A stretch of DNA of 64,000 nucleotides from Candidatus Zixiibacteriota bacterium (GCA_037441845.1 JBBIRK010000006.1:193406-257405), one strand, 5' to 3'; numbered from the stretch's first letter, positions 11,061-21,114 are shown. Numbers and translations are program-made. Notes: generated from the letters alone by a model not told the origin.

Positions 11061-11094
11061 AGAAAAGCCGACGCGGTGAAAGTCCCGCATCGGC
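11061..11094 (-). terminator. Rho-independent terminator after the S9 peptidase gene
   Basis: Minus strand GCCGATGCGG-8 nt-CCGCGTCGGC followed by TTTTCT. Confidence 0.65.
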
Positions 11095-11119
11095 CGTCGA
11101 TCCTTCGTTGCCTCAATAT

Positions 11120-13009
11120 CTACTGCAAATGTTTTTCCAGGAATTTTTCCATCGCCTCGTAAAAATCGAATCGGTTTTCTTCGTTGGCGAATCCGTGGCC
11201 TTCATTGTCTTTTACCATATATTCGACTTCTACGCCGCGCTTTCTCAAAGCCTCCACTATCTGATTTGATTCGTCGATCTTCACCCGCGGATCGTTTGCC
11301 CCCTGGGCCACCAGAAGCGGTGCCTTTATTTTTTCCGCATGAAATACTGGCGATCTTTCAACGAAACGGGCGCTGTCCTCGGTCGGATTGCCCACCATTT
11401 CATACATCATGTCGAGGTAAGGTTTCCAGTAAGGGGGAATCGTTTTCAAGAACGTGAACAGGTTCGATACCCCTACGTAATCGACTCCGCAGGCGTATAA
11501 CTCCGGTGAAAACGCCAGCCCGGCCAGCGTGGCGTAACCGCCGTAGCTGCCTCCATAAATAGCGATTCTTTTAGGATCGGCGATCCCCTCCGCGATCAAC
11601 CACTTCACGCCGTCGGTTATATCATCCTGCATCGCGCCGCCCCACTGCTTGAACGACTTCATCCAAAATTCCCGGCCGTATCCGGTCGAGCCCCGGAAAT
11701 TGATCTGCAAAACCGCATAGCCGCGATTGGCCAAGAATTGCACTTCGGGATTGAATCCCCAGGTGTCGCGATACCAGGGGCCTCCATGAGGATTCACCAC
11801 CACCGGCAGATTTTTTGGTTCCTTTCCCAGCGGCAAGGTCAGATAACCATGTATCAACAGCCCATCGCGCGCCTTGTAGCTTATCGGCTTCATCGGAGCC
11901 AGCTCGTTTTCGTTGAGCCAGGGATTGCGTTCGGCCAGCTTCGTCAAATTGCCGCTCTCTTTTTCGTATAAGTAGTAGGCGCCCAAGGTGCGGTCGCTGA
12001 AAGTCCTGACTATGAGTATATCTTCTTCCTTATTGTTGAACGTAACCGCCACCTCATAGCCGGGGAGTCTTTTCCTCAGATCGCCGTAAATCATTTCCGT
12101 TTCCTTATCCAGAAACTTTTCTTCGGGTTTCCAGGTGGTGTAATTGATCTGGGTCAAGACTTTTCTCTTGCGGGAATAAGCCATCGACTCTACGTCCACC
12201 TCCGGATGCTCGAATATGACTTCGATTTCCTTTCCCGAGGCTACATCGTATTTGACGATCGCCATCTTGTCCCTGCCCAAATTCGAGGTGGCGTAGATGT
12301 TCTTGTTGTCGAACGTGAAAAACAACGGCGAAAAAGAATCTTTGAAATTGGTTTGCATCAACGTCCGGAACGGTTCGGCGGAATTGTCTCGATAAAGTAT
12401 CGACACATTGACACCGTCCGTCGCCGTCGCTATACGGATATTGCCGTCGTGGTCGGTCATCCAGCTGACTATATTGCCGGGATTTTCGGCTTCCATCCGT
12501 AGCTCGCCGCTGGCGGTGTTCAACCGATAAGCATCGAAAATCTGGGGGTTGCGCTTGTTCATCCCGATTAGCACGTCCGTCGGATGATCGATCAAGTCGT
12601 CTATCAAGCGTACCTGAACCGAATCGAACGGCGTCAAATCCACTTCACGGGTTCCATCGATATTGACCGCGAACAGATGGTAATTCTCGTCTCCGCCGAA
12701 ATCTTTCAGGTAGAGAATCCGGTCGTTCCCTTTCCAGAAATAAGCTGATATATCCCTATCGGTCACCGAGGTGACCCTCGTCGCCTTATCCGTTCCCCGC
12801 CGCTGAACGAAAACGTTCATTCTGTTTTCGTAAGGTTGGGTGAACGATATATGATTGCCGTCCGGAGAAATCTGAAAATACGCCTTCTCCGGGTTCCTGA
12901 AAAAATCCCGCAACGGAATCCGCCGCGGCGTCTGCGCCGACAAATGAGTTGCCGCCATCATGAATAGCATGATACACAGCCCCGAGGCCAACAATTGATT
13001 TTTCACCAT
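11120..13009 (-). CDS. S9 family serine peptidase (dipeptidyl/acylaminoacyl peptidase), secreted
   Basis: Signal peptide; HGGPW, GGSYGG nucleophile motif, GANDPRV, EGHGF. Confidence 0.93.
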   Translation of the reverse strand: MVKNQLLASGLCIMLFMMAATHLSAQTPRRIPLRDFFRNPEKAYFQISPDGNHISFTQPYENRMNVFVQRRGTDKATRVTSVTDRDISAYFWKGNDRILYLKDFGGDENYHLFAVNIDGTREVDLTPFDSVQVRLIDDLIDHPTDVLIGMNKRNPQIFDAYRLNTASGELRMEAENPGNIVSWMTDHDGNIRIATATDGVNVSILYRDNSAEPFRTLMQTNFKDSFSPLFFTFDNKNIYATSNLGRDKMAIVKYDVASGKEIEVIFEHPEVDVESMAYSRKRKVLTQINYTTWKPEEKFLDKETEMIYGDLRKRLPGYEVAVTFNNKEEDILIVRTFSDRTLGAYYLYEKESGNLTKLAERNPWLNENELAPMKPISYKARDGLLIHGYLTLPLGKEPKNLPVVVNPHGGPWYRDTWGFNPEVQFLANRGYAVLQINFRGSTGYGREFWMKSFKQWGGAMQDDITDGVKWLIAEGIADPKRIAIYGGSYGGYATLAGLAFSPELYACGVDYVGVSNLFTFLKTIPPYWKPYLDMMYEMVGNPTEDSARFVERSPVFHAEKIKAPLLVAQGANDPRVKIDESNQIVEALRKRGVEVEYMVKDNEGHGFANEENRFDFYEAMEKFLEKHLQ

Positions 13010-13162
13010 CGCATTTTCCTTTCCGAAAAACGATTATTGAATATCTTCAAATAAGCGCATGATCACCGGGGCGACCTGCATCTTCTTCGCAATAAGCCGT
13101 CCGGCGCAGTCGTTGTGTAGTTTGAGAATCTGCGGCGGAAAGTCGCCTGCGCGCCGCCGATA

Positions 13163-13804
13163 TCATTCTATCAGTCCCAGCTCCCGAAGTTCTTTTTCGT
13201 AGCGCACCCTGACCATGTAGGGTATCGTCTCCGTATATTTGCCAACCGAAGTATGCTGGAATTTCCCCTCTTTTTTGCATTCGTAATAATGTTCTTTGCT
13301 CCGATAGCCGATAATTTCCGCCGGATTGCCGAGAATTATGGCCAAGGGCGGAATGTTCTTCGTCACCACCGATCCCATTCCGATTATCGCCCCCTCGCCG
13401 ATCTCCACGCCCGGCATTATCATCACTCCCGCTCCGATCCAGACGAATTCGCGGATTATCACCGGTTTGAGCTCGATGATTTCATCGAACGGAATCGCCT
13501 TGGCGTTGCGGTAGTGATGTTGAACCGTGAATATCGTGCAGTTGTAACCTATACCGGTGTTCTCACCGACATATAGACCGCCGCTCGAATTGATCATCGT
13601 GCCGTCGTGGATAAGAACCCGGTCTTTCAAAATAACCCGCTGGGGCATGTTGATTGAAACCGAACGGCCTATGCAAACGTCTTTGCCGTACTCGCGGAAT
13701 TGCTCGGGAATGTACGTTCGCCGCATTTCCTCCCGATAGCATCTGCGCAGCCACGATATGAATCGTATCGGCGCCCAATCCTTAATCAGCCGTTTCAGCT
13801 CCAT
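13163..13804 (-). CDS. Hexapeptide-repeat (left-handed beta-helix) O-acyltransferase
   Basis: VWIGAGVMIMPGVEIGEGAIIGMGSVVTKNIP...GNPA. Confidence 0.85.
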   Translation of the reverse strand: MELKRLIKDWAPIRFISWLRRCYREEMRRTYIPEQFREYGKDVCIGRSVSINMPQRVILKDRVLIHDGTMINSSGGLYVGENTGIGYNCTIFTVQHHYRNAKAIPFDEIIELKPVIIREFVWIGAGVMIMPGVEIGEGAIIGMGSVVTKNIPPLAIILGNPAEIIGYRSKEHYYECKKEGKFQHTSVGKYTETIPYMVRVRYEKELRELGLIE

Positions 13805-14201
13805 ACTTTCCCAACCAGCAATCTTGACCGTCCCACGAGTCGATATGATACGATAACCGATACCCGGTTACAACCGCAAAATCAAATCAACAATTCTATG
13901 AATTTTCATAATTATCGGTAGCCCGGGTGGGATAATAACAATAAACCGCCCCTTCCTAAGTATCCGTAAACGCCGACTTTCCAGTAAAATATATGTTTTT
14001 GTCGCCGTTTGCAATATTTCTTGATATCCCTTAATTGGTAGATTATCCTGATCCGCACGAACAGGTTGCTTTCTTTTGTCAAAAATGACGTTTACAATCA
14101 TCGCGGATTTGCAAGACCGCTGGAAAAAGCAGATCAAGCATCCAGGTATCGCTTATCGCGAGCGGGCGTTCGGACGCACTCCCTATTGAGGAACTTGCTG
14201 C

Positions 14202-14561
14202 GTGCACGAACTGGGAATAGCGGAATCGATCCTCGACACGATCCGCCTAAAAAGCAAAGAGCTGAACGGGGCCTCCATAAAATCGGTAGGCCTCAGGATC
14301 GGCGCTCTTTCGAATATCGTCGATGATGCCCTGCATTTTGCTTTCACGGTGATCGCCAAAGACACCGAATTCGCCTATGTCGAACTCGAAATCGAGCGTT
14401 GTCCGGTGCAGATCGAATGCCTCGATTGCGGCAGGCGTTCAGCGGTCGCCGATTTGCATTTCAGGTGCGACAAATGCGGTTCCGGCAGAGTGGAAGTAAT
14501 TCAAGGGTACGAATTGGAGATATCTCATCTGGAGATCGAATCCAATAGCGCCGAAAAGTGA
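14202..14561 (+). CDS. hypA: Hydrogenase nickel metallochaperone HypA
   Basis: N-terminal MHE and two CxxC motifs (CLDC, CDKC); GTG start. Confidence 0.92.
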   Translation: MHELGIAESILDTIRLKSKELNGASIKSVGLRIGALSNIVDDALHFAFTVIAKDTEFAYVELEIERCPVQIECLDCGRRSAVADLHFRCDKCGSGRVEVIQGYELEISHLEIESNSAEK

Positions 14562-14611
14562 TCAAAAAACATTCACTCAGGATATTTACTTTGCCATAAA
14601 GGAAAAGACCC

Positions 14612-15280
14612 ATGACCGAAAAGATCCCGGTAAATCAAAAACTCCTCTCGGAAAACGACCTGATCGCCGCCAGACTCAGGGAACAATTCGATCTGAGGGG
14701 AATTGTGGCCCTTAATCTAATCAGTTCGCCGGGTTCCGGCAAGACCACCCTCCTTGAAAAAACCATCGGGGCGCTTAAAGATAAATACAGGTTGGCCCTG
14801 ATAGCCGGCGACGTGCAGACCGAAAACGATGCAAACCGCCTTATCCGCGCCGGCGGCTCGATCGTCCGGCCGATTGTAACCCGCGGCGCATGCCATCTCG
14901 ATGCCCGCATGGTCGAGCGTGCCGTAGATAGCATCGACCTCGACGAAATCGACCTGCTTTTCATCGAAAACGTCGGTAATCTCGTTTGTCCCGCCGGATT
15001 CGACCTCGGCGAAAAAATGAAAGTGGTTTTAATGAGTACGACCGAGGGGCATGACAAACCGCTGAAATATCCCGCCGTTTTCCGAAGGGCCTCGGTTGTC
15101 GTCATCAATAAAATCGATCTTCTCGGCCTTTCCGATTTCGACCTCGATTGCGCCCGCCGCAATGCGCAGGAGGTAAATGCAGATCTAACGATTTTCGAAA
15201 TCTCTTGCCGCGACGGCCGCGGTCTCGAAAAATGGTATGGCTGGCTGACGACGCTGATCGAAAGCGGACGCAATCGCTGA
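14612..15280 (+). CDS. hypB: Hydrogenase nickel incorporation GTPase HypB
   Basis: SSPGSGKT, ACHLDA, ENVGNLVCPA, DKPLKYP, NKID. Confidence 0.95.
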   Translation: MTEKIPVNQKLLSENDLIAARLREQFDLRGIVALNLISSPGSGKTTLLEKTIGALKDKYRLALIAGDVQTENDANRLIRAGGSIVRPIVTRGACHLDARMVERAVDSIDLDEIDLLFIENVGNLVCPAGFDLGEKMKVVLMSTTEGHDKPLKYPAVFRRASVVVINKIDLLGLSDFDLDCARRNAQEVNADLTIFEISCRDGRGLEKWYGWLTTLIESGRNR

Positions 15281-15456
15281 TCCGACGAATCGATTGTGAT
15301 CGATTTCCATTCGGCCGCCGCAAGCCCGACTTCGGCTCGATAATGATTCGAAACGAAAGGAGGAAAGGCGGTGCCCCGCCGTGGCGCCGATTCTTTTCCC
15401 GCCTTCAATCATGGTTTATGCCCGCCGCTTTACCGCATTAATAAGTCAATAGTCGC

Positions 15457-15486
15457 TTGACAATTTCGTGAACTTGACTCTATAAT
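15457..15486 (+). promoter_or_regulatory. Sigma70 promoter of the microcompartment operon
   Basis: Consensus TTGACA (15457-62), 18 bp spacer, TATAAT (15481-86). Confidence 0.7.
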
Positions 15487-15540
15487 TCAAAGGCGGATTT
15501 CACCCGGGATTTCTTGGAGAGAGGACTCGCAGTTAAGAAT

Positions 15541-16917
15541 ATGAAAATCGCTATCGGCGCGGATCATGCCGGTTTCGCCTTAAAAGAAGAACTCAAGAAA
15601 CAACTAAGCGGAAAAGGTTTTACGATCGACGATTGCGGAACCTACTCCTCCGATCCGGTCGATTATCCGATCTATGCCCACGCCGTCGCCGTTCGCGTGG
15701 GACGGAACCAATGCGACCGAGGGATCATCATCGACGGTGCCGGAATCGGCTCATGTATCGTGGCCAATAAAATCAACGGCGTGAGAGCCGCCTCCTGCCA
15801 CGACTTGTCATCGGCAAGAAACAGCCGCGAACACAACGACACCAACGTCCTCACCCTCGGCGCCGGATTAATCGGCCTCGAGCTTGCCCGCCAAATAACC
15901 GATCTCTGGCTGTCGACCGAATGCACCGCGGAAAGACATAAAAAACGGGTGGCCATGATCACCGAAATCGAAAAAGGCAACCCCCCGGCTGTGATCGCTC
16001 AGGCGGCATCGCCTGCCATACCCGAGCTCGGTCAGGAAGATATCCGGAAAATAGCCGAGAAAATCCAATCGCTCATAGGCGGTAGTTGTCGGGTCGTCGA
16101 TAATGACATCGTCTGTTCTTCCGGACAGAACATTTTCATTCATTACGGCCACCCTACCAAGATCGATCCCGATTCGGTCAAGCATATGATAGACGCCGGC
16201 GCCGGAAGAATCGGCTATACTCCCGATGGCAACGATGTGCCGTCCGGAATCACCGAGCTGATCGACCACACGCTGCTCAGCCCTCAGGCGACACCCGACC
16301 AGATCAAAAAGCTCTGCGAAGAGGCCGTCGCTTACAAGTTCGCCACCGTTTGCGTGAATCCCTGTCATGTCAAGTTATGCTCACAGTTGCTGCGCGGCAC
16401 TCCGGTCAAGGTATGCTCGGTGGTGGGCTTTCCGTTCGGGGCGAACACCTCCGAGATCAAGGCGATGGAGGCGCGCCGGGCGATTCGCGACGGCGCCCGT
16501 GAGATCGACATGGTGATCAATATCGGAGCCCTCAAAGCCGGCGATGACGAAACCGTGCTGAAAGATATCATGGCCGTCACCGAGGCCTGTCGTGACGGCG
16601 GCGCGTTGTCGAAAGTTATTATCGAAACCGCCATGCTCACCGATGACGAAAAAATACGCGCCTGCAAACTCGCCAAAAAAGCCCGCGCCGATTTCGTAAA
16701 AACCTCCACCGGCTACGGCCCGGGAGGCGCCACCGTGCACGACGTGGCCCTGATGAGCGAGGCCGTCAAAGGAACCAAGATGGGTGTCAAAGCCTCAGGA
16801 GGAATAAGAAGTTTCGCGGATGCCAAAAAAATGATCCTGGCCGGTGCCACCAGAATCGGCGCCTCGGCAGGGGTCAAAATCACCCAGGAGGCCAGGGAGA
16901 TCACCGTCTCCGAATAG
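15541..16917 (+). CDS. deoC: RpiB/LacAB-like sugar-phosphate isomerase fused to deoxyribose-phosphate aldolase, with internal encapsulation-peptide-like helix
   Basis: N-terminal GADHAG, DYP, REHND, RHKKRV (RpiB); C-terminal IDHTLL, VGFPFG, EIDMVIN, FVKTSTG, KASGGIR, RIGAS (DeoC). Confidence 0.92.
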   Translation: MKIAIGADHAGFALKEELKKQLSGKGFTIDDCGTYSSDPVDYPIYAHAVAVRVGRNQCDRGIIIDGAGIGSCIVANKINGVRAASCHDLSSARNSREHNDTNVLTLGAGLIGLELARQITDLWLSTECTAERHKKRVAMITEIEKGNPPAVIAQAASPAIPELGQEDIRKIAEKIQSLIGGSCRVVDNDIVCSSGQNIFIHYGHPTKIDPDSVKHMIDAGAGRIGYTPDGNDVPSGITELIDHTLLSPQATPDQIKKLCEEAVAYKFATVCVNPCHVKLCSQLLRGTPVKVCSVVGFPFGANTSEIKAMEARRAIRDGAREIDMVINIGALKAGDDETVLKDIMAVTEACRDGGALSKVIIETAMLTDDEKIRACKLAKKARADFVKTSTGYGPGGATVHDVALMSEAVKGTKMGVKASGGIRSFADAKKMILAGATRIGASAGVKITQEAREITVSE

Positions 16918-16951
16918 AAACGCATCAAATTACCCAAGCCAGGAGAACACT

Positions 16952-17575
16952 TTGCCCGATTTAAGAGCTTACGTCTTTCTCGATAGCATCCAGCCCCAAT
17001 ATGCCGCATTTCTCGGAACCGTGGCTCAGGGGTTTTTGCCGATAGCCGGCATGGCCTCGCTTTACGTGGAGATTTCCCCGGGGATTGAAATCAACCGCAT
17101 CACCGACATCGCCTTGAAATCCACCAAGGTCACCCCCGGTATGCAAATCGTCGAAAGGCTCTATGGTTTGCTGGAAATCCACTCGGAGTCCCAGGCCGAT
17201 GTCCGCCAGGCGGGCAAGGCGATTCTCGATGCTTTGGGATTGCGCGAGGAAGACCGCTGGAAACCGAGAACGCTGTCAAGCCAGGTGATCAGACGTTTGG
17301 ATGATCATCAGACGCAGCTGATCAATCGCATGCGCCACGGAAACATGATAATCGCCGGACAAACCCTTTACGTCATGGAGGTGGAACCCGCGGCTTATGC
17401 CGCATTGGCCGCCAATGAGGCTGAAAAAGCCGCCGAAATCAATATTCTCGAAGTAAGAGCTTTCGGTTCGTTCGGCAGAATCTACTTGGGCGGTGAAGAA
17501 AAAGATATCGATGTGGGACATCGGGCGGCGATCAAGGCTATCGAGGGCATCTCCGGGCGGACCATGACGAAATGA
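16952..17575 (+). CDS. BMC-T shell protein, CcmP-like (double-stacking type)
   Basis: [60 protein letters not shown] as in CcmP; AGGAG RBS precedes TTG 16952. Confidence 0.9.
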   Translation: MPDLRAYVFLDSIQPQYAAFLGTVAQGFLPIAGMASLYVEISPGIEINRITDIALKSTKVTPGMQIVERLYGLLEIHSESQADVRQAGKAILDALGLREEDRWKPRTLSSQVIRRLDDHQTQLINRMRHGNMIIAGQTLYVMEVEPAAYAALAANEAEKAAEINILEVRAFGSFGRIYLGGEEKDIDVGHRAAIKAIEGISGRTMTK

Positions 17576-17668
17576 AATCGGCTGAATCCGAAATGGTTCG
17601 CCGGGAAAACGCAAGGTCAATTTCGAATGCAATGGCAAGTTACTTTTATCCTTATGGAGGTTGATTAA

Positions 17669-17986
<318 letters not shown>

Positions 17987-18121
17987 CCGCCCGGTTCGGG
18001 CCGATGGCGCGGCGTAAACCGCAATTGTCTTGATCGTGAGCTTTCGGGTTCAATACCGCCTGCGGCCGCCTGGCCGCCCGGCCGAACCCGATCGACCGAA
18101 CCGGTCGCAGGAGAGGATAAC

Positions 18122-18439
18122 ATGCTTCTGGCAAAAGTGATTGGAACCGTCGTTTCCACTCGAAAAGAAAAAAGCCTCGAAGGCGTCAAATTCCTGTTGC
18201 TGCGACCGGTTGACCTCGACGGCAAAGAAAGCGGTGCCGGTGTCGTGGCTATCGATGCCGTCGGCGCCGGAATCGGCGAAATCGTGATGTTCGCCACCGG
18301 TTCATCGGCCCGCCAGACCGTCATAACCGACAAACGCCCCTGCGATGCGGTGGTGATGGCGATTGTGGATAGCTGGGAAATCGAAGGTGCCACCAAATAT
18401 AAAAAAACCCAAAAAGAACCGAACGTGGATGAAATTTAG
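18122..18439 (+). CDS. BMC-P vertex protein (EutN/CcmL family)
   Basis: AKVIGTVVSTRK, AIDAVGAGIGE, GSSAR, DAVVMAIVD. Confidence 0.95.
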   Translation: MLLAKVIGTVVSTRKEKSLEGVKFLLLRPVDLDGKESGAGVVAIDAVGAGIGEIVMFATGSSARQTVITDKRPCDAVVMAIVDSWEIEGATKYKKTQKEPNVDEI

Positions 18440-18473
18440 GCCGCTCCGATCGTAATCAGGCGGAAAAATCATC

Positions 18474-19907
18474 ATGGCCGAACTGGATGAAAGACAAATC
18501 GAGGCGATAGCCCGCAGGATCGTAGAGCATCTTTCGCTTGCCCGTAAAATGGAATCGCCCGGGCCGATCGTCCCCGATTTGGGTGACGGGATATTCGCCG
18601 ATATCGATTCGGCAGTTCAGGCCGTAACCGCCGCCCAGCGCCAATTTTGCAATATGCCCCTGGCCAAACGCGATGAAATAATCTCCGCCATTCGCAAATC
18701 GATGCTGGAAAACGCCGAAATCCTGGCAGAGGCCGCTCACGCCGAAACCGGCCTGGGACGCGTCGAAGATAAAATCCGCAAGAACAAACTGGTAACCGAA
18801 AAAACGCCGGGCACCGAAGATCTCTATCCGACCGCCCGCACCGGCGACCGTGGTTTGTCCCTTTTCGAAGCGGCTCCTTTTGGAGTCATCGCCGCAATCA
18901 CGCCTATCACCAACCCGACCTCGACAATAATCTGCAACACTATCGGAATGATCGCCGCCGGCAACGGGGTCGTTTTCAATGTTCATCCGGGTGCGCGCAA
19001 GGTGTCCATTCAAAACGTTATTTTGCTGAACAAGGCGATAACCGGAGTCGGCGGCCCGCCCAATCTGGTGGCGGCGATCGCCGAACCTACCGTCGAAAGC
19101 GCTCAACGACTGATGCAACATCCCGGGATAAGGCTGATCGTGGTCACCGGCGGCGAGGCGGTCGTGCATTTCGCCATGCACAGCGGCAAAAGGGCGATCT
19201 GCGCCGGTCCCGGCAACCCGCCTGTGGTCGTCGATGAAACCGCCGATATCCCCAAAGCCGGAAAAGATATCGTTCAAGGCGCTTCGTTCGATAACAATAT
19301 AATCTGCACCGATGAAAAAACGACTTTCGCAGTCGAATCGATCGCCGTCGACCTGCTCCACGCAATGTCCGACAACGGCGCCTTGGTCTTGAATACCTCT
19401 CAGGCCGCCCAGCTCGAACGATTGATTTTCGAAAAAAACAACGGCCCCGGGAAACCGGCGGTCATGAATAAATCGCTGATCGGAAAAAACGCCTCGTATA
19501 TCGCCTCGAAAATCGGCCTGAATATAAGCGACAGCATAAGGTTGTTGGTTATCGAAACCGACAAAAACCACCCGCTGGTCTGGACCGAGCAGATGATGCC
19601 GGTCATGCCGCTCGTCCCGGTAAAATGCGCCGACGAGGGCATCAATCTGGCCAAATTGACCGAGCGAGGATTCCGCCATACCGCCTCGATGCACTCCCGG
19701 AATATCGCCAATCTTTCTCGTATGGCGCGGGAGATGGACTGTTCCATTTTCGTGAAAAACGGCCCCAATTACGCCGGTCTCGGCATGGGCGGCGAGGGTT
19801 ACTGCTCGTTTTCGATCGCCTCACCCACCGGCGAGGGGTTGACCAGGCCGCGCAGTTTCACCCGTGAACGGCGTTGTGTTCTCGTCGATCATTTCCGGAT
19901 CGTTTGA
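18474..19907 (+). CDS. CoA-acylating aldehyde dehydrogenase (EutE/PduP-like) with N-terminal encapsulation peptide
   Basis: PITNPT, TGG, GPGNPP, SFDNNIICTDEK (catalytic Cys), EQMMP, SPTGEG; N-terminal DERQIEAIARRIVEHL amphipathic helix. Confidence 0.93.
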   Translation: MAELDERQIEAIARRIVEHLSLARKMESPGPIVPDLGDGIFADIDSAVQAVTAAQRQFCNMPLAKRDEIISAIRKSMLENAEILAEAAHAETGLGRVEDKIRKNKLVTEKTPGTEDLYPTARTGDRGLSLFEAAPFGVIAAITPITNPTSTIICNTIGMIAAGNGVVFNVHPGARKVSIQNVILLNKAITGVGGPPNLVAAIAEPTVESAQRLMQHPGIRLIVVTGGEAVVHFAMHSGKRAICAGPGNPPVVVDETADIPKAGKDIVQGASFDNNIICTDEKTTFAVESIAVDLLHAMSDNGALVLNTSQAAQLERLIFEKNNGPGKPAVMNKSLIGKNASYIASKIGLNISDSIRLLVIETDKNHPLVWTEQMMPVMPLVPVKCADEGINLAKLTERGFRHTASMHSRNIANLSRMAREMDCSIFVKNGPNYAGLGMGGEGYCSFSIASPTGEGLTRPRSFTRERRCVLVDHFRIV

Positions 19908-19908
19908 T

Positions 19909-20529
19909 ATGGCGCAGACCAAGAAAAATACGCCTGATGCAAATACCGATTTTCCCGCTGTCGCTTTAATCGAGTTCTCCAGCATCGCTGTCGGCGTTCT
20001 GGCCAGCGATGCCATGATCAAGAAAGCCCCTCTGACGATGATTAAATCCGGCACGGTTCACCCGGGGAAATTTCTCACCATGATAGGGGGAGAGGTCGCG
20101 CCGGTCGAGGAGTCGTATCGCGAAGGACTGCGAATCGGCCGATCCGCGGTTATCGACCATGTTTTCCTGCCTGATATTGCGTCTCAAGTGATCGCCGCCG
20201 TCATGGGTGAAAAAACTGAAAGCGAAGCCGAATCCTTGGGAGTGATCGAAACCTCGACCGTCGCCTCCAATATCAAGGCGGCCGATGCCGCCGTCAAGGG
20301 CGCCCAGGTGACCATCCTCGAAATCCGCCTGGCCGACGACCTGGGCGGCAATTCGTTCACCTATTTCAACGGCAATTTGGAAAATATACAGGCGGCTATT
20401 CATATCGGCTCGGAACGCCTAAATGGAGACGCAGTGCGATTGCACACGGCCATTATCCCGCGAGCCGACTCGATGCTTTTGACCGAAATAAACCGTAGCA
20501 GCCGATTCTGGAATCAAACCGCAAGATAG
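19909..20529 (+). CDS. BMC-T shell protein (single-layer type)
   Basis: Two BMC domains: ALIEFSSIAVG..DAMIK..PGKF..GEVAPVEES and LGVIET..AADAAVK..IRLADDLGG. Confidence 0.9.
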   Translation: MAQTKKNTPDANTDFPAVALIEFSSIAVGVLASDAMIKKAPLTMIKSGTVHPGKFLTMIGGEVAPVEESYREGLRIGRSAVIDHVFLPDIASQVIAAVMGEKTESEAESLGVIETSTVASNIKAADAAVKGAQVTILEIRLADDLGGNSFTYFNGNLENIQAAIHIGSERLNGDAVRLHTAIIPRADSMLLTEINRSSRFWNQTAR

Positions 20530-20545
20530 AAGATGTAATGTCGAT

Positions 20546-20818
20546 ATGATGCTGGGAAAAGTCATAGGCACCGTGGTCTCCTGCGTGACCTATCGAGGTT
20601 TGGAGGGGGTCAAATTCCTCATTATCCAGCCGCTCGATAAACGTCGCGAACCGGCGGGCAGTCCGTTTGTGGCTGCCGATGCCACCGCGATGGCTGGTCC
20701 CGGCGAATTAATCTATTACGAGGGAGGCCGCGAGGCTGCCCTTGCGTTGCCTACCTCTTTCGTCCCGGTTGATCACTCGGTCATTGGTATCGTGGATGGT
20801 GTTGATTTGGAAAAGTAG
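20546..20818 (+). CDS. BMC-P vertex protein (EutN/CcmL family)
   Basis: GKVIGTVV, AGPGE, GREAA, PVDHSVIGIVD. Confidence 0.92.
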   Translation: MMLGKVIGTVVSCVTYRGLEGVKFLIIQPLDKRREPAGSPFVAADATAMAGPGELIYYEGGREAALALPTSFVPVDHSVIGIVDGVDLEK

Positions 20819-20826
20819 GGGAAACG

Positions 20827-21114
20827 ATGCTTATCGGCAAAGTCTGCGGAACCGTCTATTCCACGATCAATCATCCCTTTTATGATGGCAAAAAGCTGAT
20901 GCTTATCGATAAGCTGTCGCTGCCGGACATGACCCCCTCAGGATATATTATTGCCATCGATTCCGTGGGCGCCGGCGTGGGGGAAACCGTCCTGGTCGTC
21001 GATGAGGGAAACTCGGCGCGTCAAGTGGTCGACGATCAAAAGGCGCCGCTTAGGTCTGTGATCGTAGGAATAATCGATCAAGTCGTGGCGCGGTCGAATT
21101 GGGCGGCAATATAA
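20827..21114 (+). CDS. BMC-P vertex protein (EutN/CcmL family)
   Basis: GKVCGTVYST, AIDSVGAGVGE, EGNSAR, VIVGIID. Confidence 0.92.
   Translation: MLIGKVCGTVYSTINHPFYDGKKLMLIDKLSLPDMTPSGYIIAIDSVGAGVGETVLVVDEGNSARQVVDDQKAPLRSVIVGIIDQVVARSNWAAI

Noticed and set aside
13868..14137. 89 aa minus-strand ORF in the AT-rich gap before hypA
   Set aside because: No RBS or recognisable motif; the region looks like a divergent promoter area
14635..15408. Long antisense or alternate-frame ORFs (e.g. 14635-15408, 18456-19694, 28809-29756, 57593-58441)
   Set aside because: They overlap well-supported genes, lack family motifs and are expected shadows in GC-rich coding DNA
16952..17575. Carboxysome, suggested by CcmP similarity
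   Set aside because: No RuBisCO, carbonic anhydrase or CcmM/N; the cargo is DeoC and AldDH
17576..17668. Possible c-di-GMP riboswitch-like sequence (hairpin with GAAA, then ACGCAA) before BMC-H
   Set aside because: Lacks the GGCAAA...GACGCAAA core and second stem
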